From: Anaerolineales bacterium
Lineage (GTDB): Bacteria > Chloroflexota > Anaerolineae > Anaerolineales > UBA4823
DNA: 64,000 nucleotides
Assembly (NCBI GenBank): GCA_016929095.1
Contig: JAFGJM010000033.1
Span: 114,482 to 178,481, forward strand
Direction of reading: 5' to 3'
In this document: positions 58,824 through 64,000 of the stretch, piece by piece
Layout: each line of letters opens with the position of its first letter
Position numbering within the stretch: position 1 is the stretch's first letter
The notes under the pieces: generated by a model
What the model was told of the DNA's origin: nothing
What the model saw: only the letters and a program-made list of their open reading frames with translations
The model's database searches: none
Position numbers and translations under genes: made by a program

Positions 58824-59993
58824 ATGGATGTCGTATCCCCATATAAAGAAGTTTTCAAGTCTAAACCGCGTTTAGTGGTGAGAGGACCAGGGAGGGTAAA
58901 TCTTTTAGGGGAGCATGTAGATTACAATGGCGGTCCGGTTTTACCGGCGGCCATCGAGCAATCCGTGTGGATTGCCGCAGACGATTCCGGTTCGGAGCAG
59001 ATCAATATCCGTGCGCTGGATCTAAATGAGGCGGTTTCCTTTTGTTTGGATGATATGGGGGCAAAACAAGATAAGAAGGGACACGCTTTGCCTGTTTGGG
59101 CGCTGTACCCGGCTGGTGTAGCCTGGATATTGAAGAAAAACGATTTGAAGATCAAGGGGATCAATGCCGTTTTCTCCTCGAATATTCCCATGGGTTCGGG
59201 ACTGAGTTCATCGGCAGCCATTGAAGTGGCTTTTGCGGTTTTATGGCAAACATTGGGTGGTTGGTCTTGTGATCGGTTAAAGTTAGCCCAGTTATGCCAG
59301 CAGGCTGAAAACCAATATGTGGGGGTGGCATGTGGGATCATGGATCAATTTGCCACGGCGTGCGGGGTGAAAGACCATGCATTATATTTCGATACTCGCA
59401 GCCTGGAATGGTATCCTGCTCCTTTACCAAAGGGCACAGTGCTTGTCATCGCCGACTCTGGGATGCGCCGCAGCCTTACATCCTCTGCATACAATGACAG
59501 GCGGGCGGCATGTGAAGAAGCGGTTCGTTTATTGCAAAAATATAAGCCGGAGATGACCTGCTTACGTGACATTTCACCCCAAGAATTTGTAGCGTATGGA
59601 GAATATTTACCTCCACTGATCAGAAAACGAGCAGAGCATGTCGTAAAAGAAATCGCCCGGGTGGAGTCGGCGGTCAATGCGTTGGAGCGGGAAGATACCC
59701 GCGCCATCGGTGCTTTGATGTTTGCCGGGCATGTCAGTTTGCGGGATTATTACGAAGTCAGCATTCCTGAATTGGATTGTTTGGTGTCGTTGGCGCGATC
59801 GCTGCCGGGCTGTATTGGGGCGCGCCTCACCGGCGCCGGATTTGGCGGCTGCACGATCAATTTGGTGTGGGCTGCCCAGGCGGATGAATTTATCGCCGGA
59901 TTAGAACAGGGGTATCGGGAAAAAACCGGTAGACAGGCAAAAGTTTATGTTTGCCATGCCAGTGAGGGGACGACGATATTACCGGTTGAATAA
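58824..59993 (+). CDS. galK: Galactokinase
   Basis: PGRVNLLGEHVDYN, GSGLSSSAA, CGIMDQ, GARLTGAGFGGC. Confidence 0.95.
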   Translation: MDVVSPYKEVFKSKPRLVVRGPGRVNLLGEHVDYNGGPVLPAAIEQSVWIAADDSGSEQINIRALDLNEAVSFCLDDMGAKQDKKGHALPVWALYPAGVAWILKKNDLKIKGINAVFSSNIPMGSGLSSSAAIEVAFAVLWQTLGGWSCDRLKLAQLCQQAENQYVGVACGIMDQFATACGVKDHALYFDTRSLEWYPAPLPKGTVLVIADSGMRRSLTSSAYNDRRAACEEAVRLLQKYKPEMTCLRDISPQEFVAYGEYLPPLIRKRAEHVVKEIARVESAVNALEREDTRAIGALMFAGHVSLRDYYEVSIPELDCLVSLARSLPGCIGARLTGAGFGGCTINLVWAAQADEFIAGLEQGYREKTGRQAKVYVCHASEGTTILPVE

Positions 59994-60000
59994 AATATTC

Positions 60001-61200
60001 CTAAGGTCTTATCCCCCAAATACGGATCGTGCCGTCATAAGATGCCGAAGCCAGGAATTTCCCATCCGGAGAAAAGGTCACAAAGTCTACACCGTGCGTA
60101 TGTCCTTCCAGGGTGCGCAATAATTCACCCGTCTCCACCCGCCATAATTTAACGGCAGTGCTGTCGTAACTCTCCCCGGTAGCCAGGATATGCCCATCCG
60201 GGCTGAAAACCAGGCTTTCAACGATCCCTGTAGTAGACATATTCTTTAGTGATTGCCCTGTCTTGGCATCAATAATGCGGATGGAGCCGTCGTAATGTCC
60301 GGTAGCCAGGATGTCGCCATTTGGGGAAAATGTCAGACAGTTTATGGCGCCGGTGAAGGATGTGGGCAATTTATAAAGCAAATCACCACTTTTCGTATCC
60401 CAAATATTGATGGCGTATCGATCCGGAACAGACGCTAATGTTCCTCCACTGGCTGAATAGGCGATTTCGAGCACAGTGCCGGTATATAGTGTTTGGGTGA
60501 CTTCCCAGGTCAGTGTATTGTAGAAATCGACTGAATTACCCCAATAATCTGTGCTGGTGAAAGCGGCGGCCATTAAATAATCCGATGGTGAGAACGCCAC
60601 GGCGGAAACAGGACGTGAATCTCCAAAAGCGCCCCAGGAATCCCATTTTGGGGAGCGCCAGATATGAAAATACCCGGTGAAACCCGATTGGTCATCACCT
60701 AAACGATGAGAGGTTGCCAGCCAGGTTCCTCCAGGGCTGAACGCAAAATTAACCAAGCCTTCACCGGTATCGATAAAGCTTGTTTGCGTTTGATTTTGCA
60801 CATTATAGATGGCAATCCCATTGGTTGTAGCCACACCCAGCGAATCGCTGGCGGGCAGCCAACTGATGTAATTGATGACTTGCTCTTGCCAGGAGGTCAA
60901 CCCCGATACATTGGCGGCATTTTCCACAATAATAAAGGGGATGTCGGAAGGTAACGGCATACCGGCTGGAACAAGCAGTTCGGGTGTGGGGGTGGGTGTT
61001 TCGGTAGGGGTAGAGGTGGCGGTAGGGGTGGAAGTGTCTGTAGGCGAGGGGGTGAGTGTCCAGGTAGCCGTTGCAGTCGCTGTGGCTGTAGCTGTTGGTG
61101 TAGGGGTTGACCGCTGAAGGATTGAAGAAAACCTACAACCCGAAAGCAATACGCTCGGGATGATTATGGCAATTAAAAAATCGATGAGACGTGGACGCAT
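60001..61200 (-). CDS. WD40-repeat lipoprotein with Thr/Pro linker
   Basis: LSGC lipobox, TPTPTATAT linker, 'FSPDG..LAT/SAS.DG.IRIW' repeats. Confidence 0.88.
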   Translation of the reverse strand: MRPRLIDFLIAIIIPSVLLSGCRFSSILQRSTPTPTATATATATATWTLTPSPTDTSTPTATSTPTETPTPTPELLVPAGMPLPSDIPFIIVENAANVSGLTSWQEQVINYISWLPASDSLGVATTNGIAIYNVQNQTQTSFIDTGEGLVNFAFSPGGTWLATSHRLGDDQSGFTGYFHIWRSPKWDSWGAFGDSRPVSAVAFSPSDYLMAAAFTSTDYWGNSVDFYNTLTWEVTQTLYTGTVLEIAYSASGGTLASVPDRYAINIWDTKSGDLLYKLPTSFTGAINCLTFSPNGDILATGHYDGSIRIIDAKTGQSLKNMSTTGIVESLVFSPDGHILATGESYDSTAVKLWRVETGELLRTLEGHTHGVDFVTFSPDGKFLASASYDGTIRIWGIRP

Positions 61201-61204
61201 AAGA

Positions 61205-64000
61205 TTAACGAACCCATACTCCTGGGAAATAGAACTTTGCCGGGATTACCACATTCGCCCAGGCAAGCCTGCGACCTCCTGTAAAAAGCAGGTCTGTTTT
61301 GGTGATCAATGTGGCGCCGCCAACGTGTAAGTTTACCTTACCATTATAAAAGATGTTCACTGCTTGATTTGGCAAAACCTCCCCTTGCCAGATGAAGCCG
61401 TTGCTGTTGACGGCGATCGACCCCAGAGTGCTGGTTATATTCCCCGAGGCGACCGATAAACTGATGGGGATGGTCTCGGTGATATCCACCGGTGTGTTTA
61501 CCACGCCGGTGTTTGTAAATGTGATCGTGTAGAATAAATGACTTTCCAGGGCGGCTTCCGATTGATTTACTTTTTTGTCCAAAATGATCCAGGGTGCATC
61601 TACCAGAACCGGAGTCTGATTCACAACAACCAATCCTTTATCATCGTAATATTGTGTCGAAAAAGGCAGTATTGTACCATCCGGAATACCGGTGGATAAT
61701 TCCAGCAAAGCCCCCATAGACAGAAATGAGGTGGGGGAGAGGCTGCCGTCCCAAGAAAGAGTATGGGAAATGGTGTTGTAATGCCAGTCTCCAATCAGGC
61801 TGCCGGGCACCAGGGAAGTCTCAGATGGCAATGGAAGGATCACTGAAGCCTCCGGCAGCGATGCGGAAGTTGCCAGACCGATGGTAAGCGTCAGGGGGAA
61901 TTGACTGCCATCAAGCACTGCGGTGGGGGCGTGTAATTGGCTTTCGCCAAAGGGGCTGAGCCAGAGGAGATTTTGGTTGAGTATTGTCTGCAGAGCATCG
62001 TCATCTAAAGCTTCCAGGGGAAATGCATAGAAAGATGTGCGCCAATTTGTGTCGGAATGAGTTACGCCGACATTGAGCTGCTGTTGGTCTATGATCACCG
62101 CTGAACTGCCGCTTTGAGGTGTGATGCCATCGCTCCAATTTTTATAAGGGAAATCCAGCGTCCAGGGAATGGGTGGAATATTCAACGGATTGCCGGAAAG
62201 AGCCATGACTTCGGTAGATGTGATAGTCAGGCGCGATCTTGCGATCCCCAAACGATTTTTAATAAAATCGTCCACACCGCTGACATCCAGCAAATCCTGG
62301 CTGCTTAACAGAAGACGTCCTCCCTGGTCGAGATAGTCGGCAAGATGGCTTTCATCGCTGGCGCTTAATGGAAGATGCCAGTCATAACCGGTTGTCCAAA
62401 CGGTTATTGGATAATTTACTAATGTATCAGAAGATGGACCTGTATTTCCGCCCGTGTTGACCACATCATAGGGTATCCCTAAGGTTTCTAAAGTTTCAGT
62501 ATAGCGGTGCTGGTAATTGTACCAACGCTCATCGTCTACGATCAGCACCGGGGAGGGTGTTTTGGCGGTCAGGGTTACCGTCTGGCTGATCAAGGGTGCG
62601 CTGTCACTGGAGATGTGGATCGGGAAACTTTCAACAGTGTTGCGCGGCAAATTATTGGGTACAGTAATGGTAGCGGTGATAACAGCAAGGCTGCAACCCG
62701 GCAAGTTGATATCGGTAGCCGTCGAAAATTGATCGCCATTGGGTAATGTAAACCTGGTTTCCCAATCGCCACTCAATCGAGCGATGTGATAAATATCGGG
62801 TTGCGTCCCCGTGGAATAGAGTTTAATGATCTGAGAAACCTGGCTACCCGGCGCGCCGATCAGAATTTGTGAGGCGGTTTTCATTTGCAACCCGAAAGTT
62901 TCTGGGGGGGCTTCAAACCAATCCAGGAATTTTTGCAAAGTCGATAAACGCGCCTGGCGCGGTCCGACGCCTTCCAGTCCAAACCCCAGCCAGGCAGCTT
63001 TATAAGGGGTGCATGTACCGGCAGTAACCGCAGCAATAGATTGGTCGCCCCAGCGGAAAGCCGGTTTTGTGAGAATGGTATCGCTGATCACGACTGCATC
63101 GGGCGTGATTTGTTGATTGGCGCTATCGGGTGTATTGACAGTCAGCGTAACTGAAGAAAGCGCCCCCTCACCGCTCAATTCACCCATATAACCTTCATTC
63201 TTATAGTGAATGCTGGTCATATGATAAAGATATGGTTGGATACCAGGAAATGTTTCTCCCCCTGCGTCCCAGTATGCCACATCCTGACCGCTGACTAAAA
63301 ATTTTCCACCGGAGGCAAGATAATCGGAAATGACATCCCCGGCGCTGATATATCCCGGGGAATCTTCAGGCGCCGACCATAGCACGATGTCATACATTGC
63401 CAGTGTACTGGAAGTGGGACGATTGTCGGCGGGAGATAACTGCCGAATGGACCATAAAGTATAGGGGTAATCCAGCGATTCCAGGGCATCTTCATAATAA
63501 TCAATAGCGCTGCCGTAATACCAGGGTCCGCTATCCACCAGCAGGATATTGGGGCCGGGTTCAAGTGCCACATCTATCTGTTGACTGATTCCCGCGGTTA
63601 CCGTTGGGGTGATATGACCCAGCCGGTGGCTGTCGGCGCTAATGCGTACGTTCCAGGTACCCGCGGGCAAGGAAATATTATATGCGCCGGTCGTTGGATT
63701 GGATTGCGTTTTTACCGGTGTGTTAAGTACGGTTATGGTAGCGGAAAGCGGCGCCTCTGAAATTTCATCGGTTACCCAGCCATAGACTTTGCCTGTGGGT
63801 TTTGCCGTCAGGGTGATATCGAGACGGGATTGAACATTGGTAATGACTGAAATTCCGTAGATTGTCTCCGGATAGTAGCCAAATGCCTGACCAGTGACAT
63901 CGTATAAACCGGCTGGCAACGGCGTGGCATATTCTCCATTATCGCCGCTGCTGACGGTGATCGTGATTTCCCCGTCTCTGCGCAAGGCTATCACGGAGGC
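61205..64000 (-). CDS. C-terminal part of a large secreted multidomain protein (carboxypeptidase-regulatory-like and DUF11-like domains); 5' end beyond the window
   Basis: Frame open to the window edge; 'GLYDVTG.AFGY', 'ILLVD', 'VLIVDD', 'YTITFTNTG' domains. Confidence 0.75.
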   Translation of the reverse strand, partial: ASVIALRRDGEITITVSSGDNGEYATPLPAGLYDVTGQAFGYYPETIYGISVITNVQSRLDITLTAKPTGKVYGWVTDEISEAPLSATITVLNTPVKTQSNPTTGAYNISLPAGTWNVRISADSHRLGHITPTVTAGISQQIDVALEPGPNILLVDSGPWYYGSAIDYYEDALESLDYPYTLWSIRQLSPADNRPTSSTLAMYDIVLWSAPEDSPGYISAGDVISDYLASGGKFLVSGQDVAYWDAGGETFPGIQPYLYHMTSIHYKNEGYMGELSGEGALSSVTLTVNTPDSANQQITPDAVVISDTILTKPAFRWGDQSIAAVTAGTCTPYKAAWLGFGLEGVGPRQARLSTLQKFLDWFEAPPETFGLQMKTASQILIGAPGSQVSQIIKLYSTGTQPDIYHIARLSGDWETRFTLPNGDQFSTATDINLPGCSLAVITATITVPNNLPRNTVESFPIHISSDSAPLISQTVTLTAKTPSPVLIVDDERWYNYQHRYTETLETLGIPYDVVNTGGNTGPSSDTLVNYPITVWTTGYDWHLPLSASDESHLADYLDQGGRLLLSSQDLLDVSGVDDFIKNRLGIARSRLTITSTEVMALSGNPLNIPPIPWTLDFPYKNWSDGITPQSGSSAVIIDQQQLNVGVTHSDTNWRTSFYAFPLEALDDDALQTILNQNLLWLSPFGESQLHAPTAVLDGSQFPLTLTIGLATSASLPEASVILPLPSETSLVPGSLIGDWHYNTISHTLSWDGSLSPTSFLSMGALLELSTGIPDGTILPFSTQYYDDKGLVVVNQTPVLVDAPWIILDKKVNQSEAALESHLFYTITFTNTGVVNTPVDITETIPISLSVASGNITSTLGSIAVNSNGFIWQGEVLPNQAVNIFYNGKVNLHVGGATLITKTDLLFTGGRRLAWANVVIPAKFYFPGVWVR

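Noticed and set aside
60980-61110. Low-complexity tandem repeat
   Set aside because: Encodes an ordinary Thr/Pro/Ala linker of the WD40 lipoprotein

Overview
The window has two parts. Positions 1 to ~21025 are the right-hand part of an integrated mobile element; its left boundary lies outside the window. The element carries a large serine recombinase whose 3' end runs across a probable attR: a displaced tRNA 3' end (GGGGCACCA) followed by a host terminator. It also carries two tandem LexA-like repressors lacking autocleavage residues, a short wHTH replication initiator next to an iteron/AT-rich/DnaA-box origin, an AEP primase fused to a CHC2 zinc finger, a soluble VirD4-like coupling ATPase, a MOBC-type (Replic_Relax) relaxase and a ParA/RHH/parS partition cassette. 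Two GNA-loop hairpin clusters and AT-rich cargo (a NACHT-FGE protein, membrane and lipoproteins) sit between the core genes. No T4SS or phage structural genes are visible, so it reads as a replicating integrative-mobilizable element. The most unusual local signal is at 3241-4388: an HTH gene, a consensus sigma70 promoter with a perfect 16-bp palindrome in its spacer, a strongly ribosome-addressed 6-codon minigene (MGGGSG), a terminator and a convergent beta-rich protein. From ~21100 to 64000 the DNA is ordinary chromosome: glnA, peptidases, peptide ABC components, a BTAD-STAND-TPR regulator, S8 proteases, KimA, alkaline phosphatase, HtrA, galT/galK, an ALDH, a CoA transferase and a lactate permease. 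Gene style, including a recurrent C-terminal Y-[LIF]-P motif on exported proteins, suggests Chloroflexota/Anaerolineae (inference). All family calls come from motif recognition by eye; no database searches were run.
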